From an uncultured Candidatus Saccharibacteria bacterium (lineage in GTDB: Bacteria; Patescibacteriota; Minisyncoccia; Phycocordibacterales; Phycocordibacteraceae), in the NCBI GenBank assembly GCA_964535425.1, contig CAZHSZ010000001.1, positions 32,489 to 80,023 on the forward strand: a stretch of DNA of 47,535 nucleotides, read 5' to 3'. This document shows positions 10,201 through 17,096 of the stretch, one piece after another. The stretch's first letter is position 1, and each line of letters begins with the position of its first letter. The notes beneath the pieces were generated by a model that had not been told where the DNA came from, did no database searches, and saw nothing but the letters and a program-made list of their open reading frames with translations. The position numbers and the translations under genes are program-made.

Positions 10201-11507
10201 ATGGCACCCGCTCACTCACGAGCGCTGCGCTTAACTCAGGAGCGCTTGCGACCAACGTTGATATCAATAACGCCACGACGAGTGTGAACACGACGATCAG
10301 CACGGCCTCGTCATCCCTTGCCACCGTCATAAACGCCAACACGAACGCAACCGTTCTCACCGCATCCACATCCCTTGCGTCCGGCATCGCAAGCGGATTC
10401 GCCTCGGTGCCGGCGAACGTCTGGGCGTATTCTTCCCGTACGCTTACGGCGTTCGGCACGCTCGCTACCGACGTGTGGAGCGCGGCAACCCGTACCTTGA
10501 CCGGGGCAGGGCTTACAAGCGGAAGCCTTGCAACCCAAACTGACATACAGAATGCGACCACTTCGCTCGCGGCCGCGATTGCAACAAAAGCGACTCTGGT
10601 AAACCAGCAGGCAGGATGGACGGTGCGCCAGTCGGACTTCGGCAGCGTGCTTGCGGGCTCAACTTTCAGGACAAAAGTCACCGTCCTGAACTACCAGAGT
10701 GCGCCGACGACCCCGTTTGCAACTCCGACCGTCACGGTATACGACGCGTCGCGAAACGTAGTCGCAAGCGGAGTCGCGATGACCGCACTCTCTACCGGCG
10801 TGTACGAGTATACGTACTCGGTGGCGTCGCTTGCCGTGCAAGGACAGTGGGAGGCGGTCGTCTCGACGCAGGTTGAATCAGGAAAGACCATTACGACAAA
10901 CGACTACTTCGAAGTTGCGGGCTCGCCGGCGCAGGTGCTAATCCAAAGCATGGGCTCTTTGGCAACGCCAAACATTACGGCGAATGTGCGCATCACGAAC
11001 GAAGGCCTGGCTGACTACGAATACCAGTACGAATGGTGCGTTGTTTCCGATATCAACAACCCTTGCGGCGGCGGAAACGATACGTACTATGCGTCGGCCG
11101 CTAAGCTCATAAACGCCGGAGACAACTTCGATACTGTTCTTTCCGCTACTGTTCCTACCGAAGGTATCTACTACTTCAAGACCGTCGTTTACTTCGGCAC
11201 CGAGTCCTCAGGCGCTTCCCGCCAGTTCACCACAAGCCTCTACGTTCCTCCGACACCGCCCACCGGCGGCGGTCATGGGGGCGGGGGAGGAGGCGGGAGC
11301 GGAAGCTCGGGTAGCGACAGCGGTTCATGCGGCATCGCAGACATAAACTGCGACGGCAAGGTAAGCGCGGTGGACTTCTCCATCATGCTTGCGTACTGGA
11401 AGACGTTCTCGCCGTTCGCGAACGCCCGCGTGGACCTGAACTTGGACAAGAAAGTCGATGCGGTCGACTTCTCAATACTCCTTTATCACTGGGGTAAACG
11501 CTACTAA
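7242..11507 (+). CDS. Giant secreted repeat-fibre protein with C-terminal dockerin module
   Basis: Track ORF starts at TTG 7212. ATG 7242 gives the Sec-type signal MHTLFTYFSSFVRSTPARIALLALAVFSFATSAYA. Layout: Ig-like domain, about 950 aa of two interleaved short repeat families, second Ig-like domain, another beta domain, Gly/Ser linker, dockerin. TGcTACGAT -10 at 7198-7206. Confidence 0.85.
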   Translation: MHTLFTYFSSFVRSTPARIALLALAVFSFATSAYAEYRQFLPGDDIYIGEFVFDDDFQATTTAGCTLTVYDPSGTLVVNAAPMTVPDANSYYVYSFTPTNTPGIWPAYITCGSALNGSLVRMEKTFEITDRIVSSSSVAALVNANTNTAIATASSSLASTLPNSIWAFSGRTLTSFGTLVSDIWTNGTRSLTTFGTLAADIWASGTRTLTGFGTLAADVWTNGTRTLTGAGLTSGSLATLSDVQNASSSIAAVVNANTNSTVNTASSSLAAVINGNTNTTVQTASSSLAAVINANTNATVLTASTSLGLSLSGIASSITALPAAVWNVATTTMTTPGTIGYVLANNIDIAISAVSGGGGGLTAADVWAYGTRSLTSASLTSGTLATLLDVQTASSSVVALVNANTNSATSGITSAVNSNTDATVLAASSSLATSIPVNVWNSSVRTLSSFGTLVSDIWSAGSRTLTGFGTLAADVWTNGTRTLTGAGLSAGSLALQSDVTTASSSLGSAITNSQTAINGNTDTRVGIASSSIAAVVNANTNAAVLAASTSLGTAISNSQTAINANTDSRVGTASSSLAAVINANTNTTVQTASSSLAAVINANTNAAVLTASTSLGSTLSSITASIALIPSNVWAAGSRTLTGFGTLAADVWTNGTRTLTGAGLSSGSLATLSDVQTASSSIAAVVNANTDTRVTTASSSLATSIPINVWNSSVRTLSSFGTLASDVWSAATRTLTGAGLTTGSLATLSDVQTATSSLGSAITNSQTAINANTDTRVGIATSSLAAVVNANTNATVLTASTSLGSTLSSIASSITSIPANVWAAGTRTLTGFGTLAADVWTNGTRTLTGASLSSGSLALQSDVTTASSSLGSAITASQTAINSNTDTRVGIASSSIAAVVNANTDSRVTVATSSLAAVINTNTNSAVLTASTSLGSSISALPAAVWNVATTTMTTVGSIGKVLATNIDTVLSTIGGGSLTPADIWAYGTRSLTSAALNSGALATNVDINNATTSVNTTISTASSSLATVINANTNATVLTASTSLASGIASGFASVPANVWAYSSRTLTAFGTLATDVWSAATRTLTGAGLTSGSLATQTDIQNATTSLAAAIATKATLVNQQAGWTVRQSDFGSVLAGSTFRTKVTVLNYQSAPTTPFATPTVTVYDASRNVVASGVAMTALSTGVYEYTYSVASLAVQGQWEAVVSTQVESGKTITTNDYFEVAGSPAQVLIQSMGSLATPNITANVRITNEGLADYEYQYEWCVVSDINNPCGGGNDTYYASAAKLINAGDNFDTVLSATVPTEGIYYFKTVVYFGTESSGASRQFTTSLYVPPTPPTGGGHGGGGGGGSGSSGSDSGSCGIADINCDGKVSAVDFSIMLAYWKTFSPFANARVDLNLDKKVDAVDFSILLYHWGKRY
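7640..10590 (+). repeat. Coding tandem/interspersed repeat array inside the giant gene
   Basis: About 19 copies of a 16-18 aa motif x(V/I)Wxx(G/S)(T/S)R(T/S)LTxFGTLAx. About 18 copies of a 19-aa motif (V/I)N(A/G/S/T)NT(N/D)xxVxxAS(S/T)SLAA. Some DNA blocks recur identically, e.g. gtatggacaaacggtacgcgcactctgaccggcgcc at about 9191 and about 9753. Confidence 0.9.
11328..11504 (+). other. Dockerin (type I-like) module of the giant protein
   Basis: Two EF-hand-like Ca-binding segments, DINCDGKVSAVDFSIML and DLNLDKKVDAVDFSILL (D-x-N-x-D...D spacing), each followed by a helix. Preceded by the PPTPPTGGGHGGGGGGGSGSSGSDSGS linker. Confidence 0.8.
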
Positions 11508-11510
11508 TTT

Positions 11511-12356
11511 ATGAAAAATTTTAAAACGTTCACGCTGGCTTTTCTTCTCTTTACGGTAGCTGTGCCCATTCATGCGGCGGAACTTTCGATTGAGGCGCCG
11601 CTTGGGGGTGTAGGCTCGCCTATACTACTCCCGGTAGTATTCACTGCCGGCGATGAGTCTGTGAACGTCGTGGAGGGTTCCATTACCATTCCTGAGGGAA
11701 TGGTTGTCGAGCGGCTGGATACCTCGGGTTCCGCGTTTCCCTTGTTCGCCTCGGGACCAACCTATATGCCTTCGTCCCGTACGGTCGAGTTCACCGCAGG
11801 AAGCGAGAGCAACATTGGCGCGCACGAGGTCGCGCTCGTATTCGTGATACAGGCGCGTGCCGAAAAGGAAGCAATGTATGAAGTTTCTCCGGGAACAATA
11901 GCCGCGTACGCGAGCGACGGAGCTGGTACGAAAATTGCCGTAGCCGCACACCCGACACAAGTCAGCGTGGGAGCAAAAGGGAGCGTGCAGGTAGATGCGT
12001 TCCCGAAGGGTGCTCCTCAAACGCTTCTTGCAGAGATAGGGAAGGAAGATTCTCTGTTTGAAGGGAAGTGGTTCCTTACCTTCTTCGGAGGCGCACAGGG
12101 CGCTCCCGTAGCGCGCTATGAGATACGTGAAGGCTGGTGGCGCTTCCCGGTATCAGCGGACCGCTATTACGTCTTGAAAGACCAGGCGCGCCGTACGACG
12201 CTGTTCGTTACTGCAATCGATACGAACGGTAATCGCACGAACATACTCGTACCTGCAGCATACCCTTGGGCCGAGCGTGCCGTACTCTTTGCTATCGCGC
12301 TCATAGCCGCCGTTGCCGCGTATCTTCTTATGCGCCGTCTGCGCAAATACAAATAA
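11511..12356 (+). CDS. Membrane-anchored surface protein with cohesin-like N-terminal domain
   Basis: 281 aa. Sec signal MKNFKTFTLAFLLFTVAVPIHA. Beta-sandwich-like region LSIEAPLGGVGSPILLPVVFTAGDESVNVVEGSITIPEGMVVERLD.... C-terminal TM plus basic tail AVLFAIALIAAVAAYLLMRRLRKYK. The cohesin assignment is weaker than for the next gene. Confidence 0.55.
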   Translation: MKNFKTFTLAFLLFTVAVPIHAAELSIEAPLGGVGSPILLPVVFTAGDESVNVVEGSITIPEGMVVERLDTSGSAFPLFASGPTYMPSSRTVEFTAGSESNIGAHEVALVFVIQARAEKEAMYEVSPGTIAAYASDGAGTKIAVAAHPTQVSVGAKGSVQVDAFPKGAPQTLLAEIGKEDSLFEGKWFLTFFGGAQGAPVARYEIREGWWRFPVSADRYYVLKDQARRTTLFVTAIDTNGNRTNILVPAAYPWAERAVLFAIALIAAVAAYLLMRRLRKYK

Positions 12357-12357
12357 T

Positions 12358-13830
12358 ATGAAACTTCGCCGAAGCATCGTTTTTGCGTTTGCACTCCTTA
12401 TCGGGGCTCTGCCGGGCATTGCGTCCGCAGCCACGCTTTCAGTGTCGCCTGCCGCAACGTCGGTCCACGCGGGCGACATCGTCACCATACGCCTCGTCGC
12501 AAACACCCAAGGGACAGCGATAAACCAGGGAGAGGGTACGCTTCGATTCCCGACCGATATGCTCGACGTCATCTCTACGAGCAAGTCGGGCTCCATATTC
12601 ACCCTCTGGGTGGAAGAACCCACATATTCAAATACTGCCGGCACGATGCATTTTGACGGCGGCGTCCCGACGCCAGGCTTTAACGGCTCTGCCGGCACTA
12701 TCCTCTCAGTCACTTTTCATGCGAAGAAATCCGGCACTGCAACGCTTACGCTTTCTGACGCCGCGCTTCGCGCAAACGACGGACTCGGCACGGATGTCTT
12801 GAATTACGCAGGCGGCGGCCAGATAACCATTACCGAATCGGCACCTGCACCCGCTCCAACACCAACCACTCCACCCACTACCAGCACGACTCCGGAGACC
12901 TCTTCCGGCTCAAGCAAAGACGGAGCAATACTCAGCCTCACTTCAAATACGCACAGCGACCAGAACGCGTGGTATCAGGCGAACAATCCGCTCATGAGCT
13001 GGCAGCTGCCTGCGGGAGCTACAGCAATCCAGACAATTCTCGATGCGGACCCGAACGCCGTACCGACCGTAACCTATAAGCCGGCAATTACCGAGAAACG
13101 TATTGCGAACCTTGAAGACGGCATCTGGTACTTCAACATCCGCGCGCGCATTGGCACCCTATGGGGTCCGGTCTCAAGTTACGCGCTCCGTGTCGATACG
13201 AAGGCACCGGAGCTCGCAAAGGCTTCTTTTGACTATGACGCCGCAAGCCAGCGCGTCGTCATCTCCAGCATCTCGGCTACGGACCAAACCTCCGGCATAG
13301 CCCGCTACGAAATTTCGATTGACGGCGGGGAAGCGGCTGCCATTTCCGCTGAGGAGGCTCTAGGTGGCACTTACGCGTTTAGCTACGCGAAAGCTGGCAT
13401 CCATACGCTTGTACTCCGCGCATTTGACGCTTCGGGCAATTACGCGGAAACCGCGGGCACAATAAACATCCCGACGCCGCTTGCTGACCAAACGCTCTGG
13501 AACATAGGCGGGTTCAATATAACGTTTGCATGGTTCATCATCCTCATCCTCCTCATCTCGCTTCTCTCGCTTGTCGCGGCGGCGACCGCTTGGTACAAGC
13601 TCTATAGGCTTCGCGCAGGCGCGAAGGACCGCACCGAAAAGCGCGACAAGCTCCTGCATCGCTCGCTCCGCATCTACAAGGAAGACCTTGAGCGCCACCT
13701 CCGGACCCTTGAGCGCGCAGGCCAGAAGCGTGAACTCACGGATGAAGAAGCCGACATAAACGAAGACCTCAAAAAGAATGTCGACGACCTCGAGCGCTAC
13801 CTCGCCAAGGAGTTCAAAAAATTCGATTAG
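12358..13830 (+). CDS. Cohesin-domain surface protein with Pro/Thr linker, Ig-like domains, TM anchor and cytoplasmic coiled-coil tail
   Basis: Start moved to ATG 12358 (MKLRRSIVFAFALLIGALPGIASA), 1 nt after the previous stop. Cohesin-like LSVSPAATSVHAGDIVTIRLVANTQGTAINQGEGTLRFPTDMLDVISTS...GTILSVTFHAKKSGTATLTLSDAAL. Linker APAPAPTPTTPPTTSTTPE. TM FAWFIILILLISLLSLVAAATAWY. Confidence 0.75.
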   Translation: MKLRRSIVFAFALLIGALPGIASAATLSVSPAATSVHAGDIVTIRLVANTQGTAINQGEGTLRFPTDMLDVISTSKSGSIFTLWVEEPTYSNTAGTMHFDGGVPTPGFNGSAGTILSVTFHAKKSGTATLTLSDAALRANDGLGTDVLNYAGGGQITITESAPAPAPTPTTPPTTSTTPETSSGSSKDGAILSLTSNTHSDQNAWYQANNPLMSWQLPAGATAIQTILDADPNAVPTVTYKPAITEKRIANLEDGIWYFNIRARIGTLWGPVSSYALRVDTKAPELAKASFDYDAASQRVVISSISATDQTSGIARYEISIDGGEAAAISAEEALGGTYAFSYAKAGIHTLVLRAFDASGNYAETAGTINIPTPLADQTLWNIGGFNITFAWFIILILLISLLSLVAAATAWYKLYRLRAGAKDRTEKRDKLLHRSLRIYKEDLERHLRTLERAGQKRELTDEEADINEDLKKNVDDLERYLAKEFKKFD

Positions 13831-13847
13831 ACAGGGAAGTCGGATAC

Positions 13848-13874
13848 GAAAAACGCTTCCGGAAAACGGAAGCG
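13848..13874 (-). terminator. Minus-strand intrinsic terminator (possibly also serving the + strand cohesin operon)
   Basis: Stem cgcttccg / cggaagcg. On the minus strand it is followed by TTTTTC; on the plus strand no U-tract follows. Confidence 0.5.
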
Positions 13875-13998
13875 TGAAGGTGTGACGCAGAGAATCCAAA
13901 AGGAGCAAAAAAACGAGACTCCAAATTAAAGAACCGACTCCGGGCTCTTAGCTGTAGGGTTCTCCCAAATGAACCGCCCTGGCTAATCTCCGCGTCAC
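13848..13998 (-). ncRNA. Candidate sRNA B (about 150 nt), unknown family
   Basis: Minus-strand promoter-like TTGACC-N17-TACGGT just upstream. The 5' segment GTGACGC (13998-13992) pairs with GCGTCAC (13888-13882) immediately before the terminator hairpin. No coding potential. Confidence 0.25.
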
Positions 13999-14112
13999 AT
14001 AACTACCGTACGTGACCCTTTGATACGGGTCAATCATTCCACTCTCTCCCTACTCCCCCGCGAGATAAAAAACGGCCCACTCTAAGGCTTTCTAGGTAAT
14101 CTCGGGAACCCG

Positions 14113-14280
14113 AGAAAAGAAAACCGTCCGCAATCCTTAAGGATTCGGACGGAATAGAAGTAGCGCGGGGTTGGACTATTGGGGCGAATCATTCATATCT
14201 CTATTCATGGGAATCGGGGTCACACGAACAGAAACTGCCATGAGGCAAAATGACGCGCTTGTCTCACCAACCCCGCACTA
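14113..14280 (-). ncRNA. Candidate sRNA A (about 170 nt), unknown family
   Basis: Minus-strand TTGACA (14312-14307) plus TG-TATAAG (14292-14287). The RNA would start at a 10-bp helix, GCGGGGTTGG (14276-14267) / CCAACCCCGC (14174-14165), enclosing about 90 nt. It would end at the hairpin ccgtccgaatcc/ggattgcggacgg followed by TTTTCTTTTCTC. Confidence 0.3.
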
Positions 14281-14507
14281 AGACACCTTATACAAGTAAA
14301 AATAGCTGTCAACGAGCGTATATAAGGGTTTTAACGGCATGCCACTTCCCCGATTTTTACCGAAAGCGGGGAAGTGGTCTCGGGTTTTGTTTTTTGTAGT
14401 ATTGAAAAATACGCAGGATATATAAACGGAAGAGCAATTAAAGCCTATACGCCGTAAAAGAAGATTGGGCGACGCAGGGAAGGGACCCGCGTCGTCCAAT
14501 CTTCGTT

Positions 14508-14564
14508 ATCTTTTACGACATACTTAGTCCTAGCTCTGCCTAGGCTAAGTATGTCGTAAAAGAT
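14508..14564. repeat. Perfect 20-nt inverted repeat (25-bp hairpin with inner extension)
   Basis: atcttttacgacatacttag (14508-14527) and ctaagtatgtcgtaaaagat (14545-14564) are exact reverse complements. Inner cctag/ctagg extends the stem around a 6-nt loop. Confidence 0.9.
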
Positions 14565-14771
14565 ATATTGTGCGACGCGTACCTATTCTGACCGGAGCAC
14601 TCTCGGAGCCTGAAAATGATGAATACGAAACCGCTCCTTCTCCCCTCTTTTCCACCTACCACTACGACTTTTACCGGCTCGAACTTTATGCGGGTATACG
14701 GGAATAAAAATGTAGAAAAAACTTTTTTGACCCCTTCCCCGAAAATCCGAAAATGGCGGTGGGGAGGGGCT

Positions 14772-14808
14772 AAAACGACAAAAGCAAAAGAGCCGGTTTT
14801 GCCGACTC
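14772..14808 (-). terminator. Intrinsic terminator of the LOG/exonuclease operon
   Basis: Minus strand: GAGUCGG-CAAAA-CCGGCUC followed by TTTTGCTTTTGTCGTTTT, about 30 nt after the LOG stop. Confidence 0.55.
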
Positions 14809-14837
14809 CCCTACTCTTTTGCCCTGTTAACGATTAT

Positions 14838-15581
14838 TTAGCATTCTACATTTTTAATAATGTAGTCATAAGCTTCGTCTACTGTATCGACGAGATGGTA
14901 GAGCTCAAGGTCGCCTTCGTCCACCGCGTGGTAGCGCTCGTAGAAGTCTTCGCGGAAGTGGGTCAGGAGCGGGGTCCAGTACTCCTTGCCAAACAGCACG
15001 ATAGGTACGCGCTTTATCTTCTTCGTCTGCACGAGCGTAAGGATTTCGAAGAACTCGTCCATGGTGCCGAAGCCTCCCGGGAAGTAGATGTAGACCTCGG
15101 ACGCGAACGTGAGCATGACTTTGCGCACGAAGAAGTGGTCGAAGAAATGCTGCTCGGTTACGTAGCGGTTCGTAGGCTGGTTGTTGTCGAGACGAATGTT
15201 GAGCCCGACGGATGCGCCGCCCGCCTCATACGCGCCTTTGTTGGCCGCCTCCATGATGCCGGTAGAGCCGCCGGTGATGACGGCGAAGCCTTGCTTCGCG
15301 AGCTTCCCTGCCAGATCAGTTGCGTTCTGGTAGATGCTCGGGTCAAAGGAGGTGCGGGTCGTGCCGAAGAAGGTAGCGGCAAGCGTGTACTTCTGGATGA
15401 GCTCGAAGCCTTCTACAAACTCCGACATGATTTTGAACACGCGCCACGGCTCAAGCTCGCGCGGCTTGCAGACGAGCGGTTCGACGCTCTCAGGCACTGA
15501 GCCCTTCCCCGCCTCCACCATTTTTGCGAGGTGCTGCCCCATCACTTCGTGCGCGTTTCCGTTCGTTATTTCATCAGCCAT
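14838..15581 (-). CDS. LOG family protein (TIGR00730-type Rossmann fold, cytokinin riboside 5'-monophosphate phosphoribohydrolase-like)
   Basis: 247 aa with GGSTGIMEAANKGA and the signature PGGFGTMDEFFE. Confidence 0.85.
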   Translation of the reverse strand: MADEITNGNAHEVMGQHLAKMVEAGKGSVPESVEPLVCKPRELEPWRVFKIMSEFVEGFELIQKYTLAATFFGTTRTSFDPSIYQNATDLAGKLAKQGFAVITGGSTGIMEAANKGAYEAGGASVGLNIRLDNNQPTNRYVTEQHFFDHFFVRKVMLTFASEVYIYFPGGFGTMDEFFEILTLVQTKKIKRVPIVLFGKEYWTPLLTHFREDFYERYHAVDEGDLELYHLVDTVDEAYDYIIKNVEC

Positions 15582-16162
15582 GGTATGTCGTATTCAAGGT
15601 ACTCCGGTAATAGTTTCTTAGTATACGCTATGCGGGAAATGACCTCGGCGTGGCATAACGCTCCCGTGAGCCCGTTGTGCGGCTTTTCTTCTTCTGGAAG
15701 CCCGCAGTACGAGAGCGCGTAGGTCATAGATATGGAAGAGTGGCCGCGCTCAGTCGGAGGGATATGCCCTTTCAGGGTCATATGGAGCCAGACGAGCGTA
15801 TGCACATCAAGGGTTCGCTTCGCAAACGGAAACGCGATGCCCGCACGCTTTGCGGCGGAGGTAAGAAATGCATGGTCAAAGGAAACGTTCTGCGCCGCGA
15901 GCGTATGATCCCCTTCTACTGACTCGGCCCACGCGAAAAAGGCAGCGATGAGCTCTGCTTCGCTTTTCTTCGTCGCATCCCGCGCATCTTCCTCTGAGAA
16001 GCCGTTTATCGCGCTTGCTTCCACCTCTATCTTTGCTCCGTCCCACACCCGGCATTCGTCATAGAACTGATTCGAGGGGTTACTCAAATCAAGCGCCCCT
16101 ATAGAGAGGATGGAGTGCTGGTCCGGATTCGTGCCCGAAGCTTCTACGTCGAGGACTATCAT
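15566..16162 (-). CDS. DEDD-type 3'-5' exonuclease (DnaQ/RNase T-like)
   Basis: 198 aa. Exo I motif VLDVEASG, later NVSFDHAFL (Exo II-like) and an H-containing C-terminal motif. Overlaps the LOG start by 16 nt. Confidence 0.7.
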   Translation of the reverse strand: MIVLDVEASGTNPDQHSILSIGALDLSNPSNQFYDECRVWDGAKIEVEASAINGFSEEDARDATKKSEAELIAAFFAWAESVEGDHTLAAQNVSFDHAFLTSAAKRAGIAFPFAKRTLDVHTLVWLHMTLKGHIPPTERGHSSISMTYALSYCGLPEEEKPHNGLTGALCHAEVISRIAYTKKLLPEYLEYDIPWLMK

Positions 16163-16228
16163 ACCCTCCAGTTTACCGTATCCAGCGCTCTCGCAAACTA
16201 CCCCTACCCTTCAGGGTACAATGAGCCT

Positions 16229-17068
16229 ATGTGGTTATATTTTGCCATTGGAGCCGGCCTTCTCTTTACCTGCTCCACTCTTCTCAATCGGCGAATCCTT
16301 AAGACCGGGAGCGATCCGTGGGTTCTATCTTTCTACTTCAGCGCAATCGGAGCGGTTATTAGCCTTCCGTTCATGCTGTCCAATTTCAAAGCACCAGATA
16401 CATGGTCGCTATGGCTCGTCATGCTTCTTACCGCATGTCTGGTTGTGTTCCATAATTTCCTCAATTACACAGCGCTGAAGCATATAAGCGCTTCCGTACA
16501 TGGTACGTTTTATAAGCTCCGGCTTGTGTGGGTATTCCTCATCGGGATTTTCCTTGCGCTTGAATCGTGGCAGGCACTTACTGTGCTCGGTGTCGCACTG
16601 ACGGTTGCTGCCGGAGTGCTTCTTGTATGGAAAAAGGGTGAGCGTTTTTCCATGACTGGCGTTGCATTCGTAATCGGTTCGAGCCTGGTGAATGCAATCG
16701 CCTTTACCCTCTTTAAATTTCTTTTCGGTTCTTTTAATGTCGAGACCCTTACGTTTCTCACGTTTTTTATCCCGGCAATCATAAATGCTCTGGTGATTCC
16801 TAAATTTCCCCAGCGAGTGAAAGAGTTTGGAAGCAAAAACTGGCTCGTGATAGTGACGGCCTGCTCCTTTGGTGCATTTGCAAACCTCGCCATCAATACA
16901 GCTATAAACCTCGGTCAAGTCACGAGCGTACTCGTTATTGTGGAAGTCTTCCTTATCTTAGTTTTGGCAGGTGAACATCTTTTTCTCAAGGAGCGCGCCG
17001 GGATGCTAAAAAAGACTGTAGCAGTGTTACTCGCCGTTATTGGTGCAATCTGCATTCTTATTCGCTAG
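16229..17068 (+). CDS. EamA/DMT-family transporter
   Basis: Start moved to ATG 16229 (MWLYFAIGAGLLF...). About 10 TM helices in two similar halves, typical for drug/metabolite transporter (EamA) proteins. TACAAT lies 6 nt upstream. Visibly lower GC than neighbouring genes. Confidence 0.75.
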   Translation: MWLYFAIGAGLLFTCSTLLNRRILKTGSDPWVLSFYFSAIGAVISLPFMLSNFKAPDTWSLWLVMLLTACLVVFHNFLNYTALKHISASVHGTFYKLRLVWVFLIGIFLALESWQALTVLGVALTVAAGVLLVWKKGERFSMTGVAFVIGSSLVNAIAFTLFKFLFGSFNVETLTFLTFFIPAIINALVIPKFPQRVKEFGSKNWLVIVTACSFGAFANLAINTAINLGQVTSVLVIVEVFLILVLAGEHLFLKERAGMLKKTVAVLLAVIGAICILIR

Positions 17069-17096
17069 TCGAGATGAAGGTGAGGTTCAGAATAAA

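Noticed and set aside
7640-10590. Regular repeats: a possible CRISPR array
   Set aside because: The repeats lie in one continuous ORF and are degenerate at the DNA level. There are no unique spacers of constant length and no cas genes nearby.
7520-10681. Long minus-strand ORFs (244, 143, 245 and 395 aa) opposite the giant repeat gene
   Set aside because: They mirror the repeat periodicity of the plus-strand gene. Their products are low-complexity (V/A/S/E/F-rich) with no start context. They are expected stop-free antisense frames in GC-rich repetitive coding DNA.
12358-12430. MKLRRSIVF signal of the second cohesin protein as a second Tat substrate
   Set aside because: It contains RR followed by hydrophobic residues. 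However, the n-region is only 5 aa and lacks the S/T-RRxFLK context, so it is more consistent with an ordinary Sec signal. Left ambiguous pending TatP/SignalP.
13831-14837. tmRNA, RNase P RNA or SRP RNA in the 1-kb spacer
   Set aside because: I searched both strands by eye for GGAAAGTCC / ACAGAA.CCGGCTTA (RNase P), a tRNA-like T-arm with a CCA-proximal end and 5' GGGG (tmRNA), and GGAAG.AGCA (SRP). No convincing match. Left as unknown candidates rather than named RNAs.
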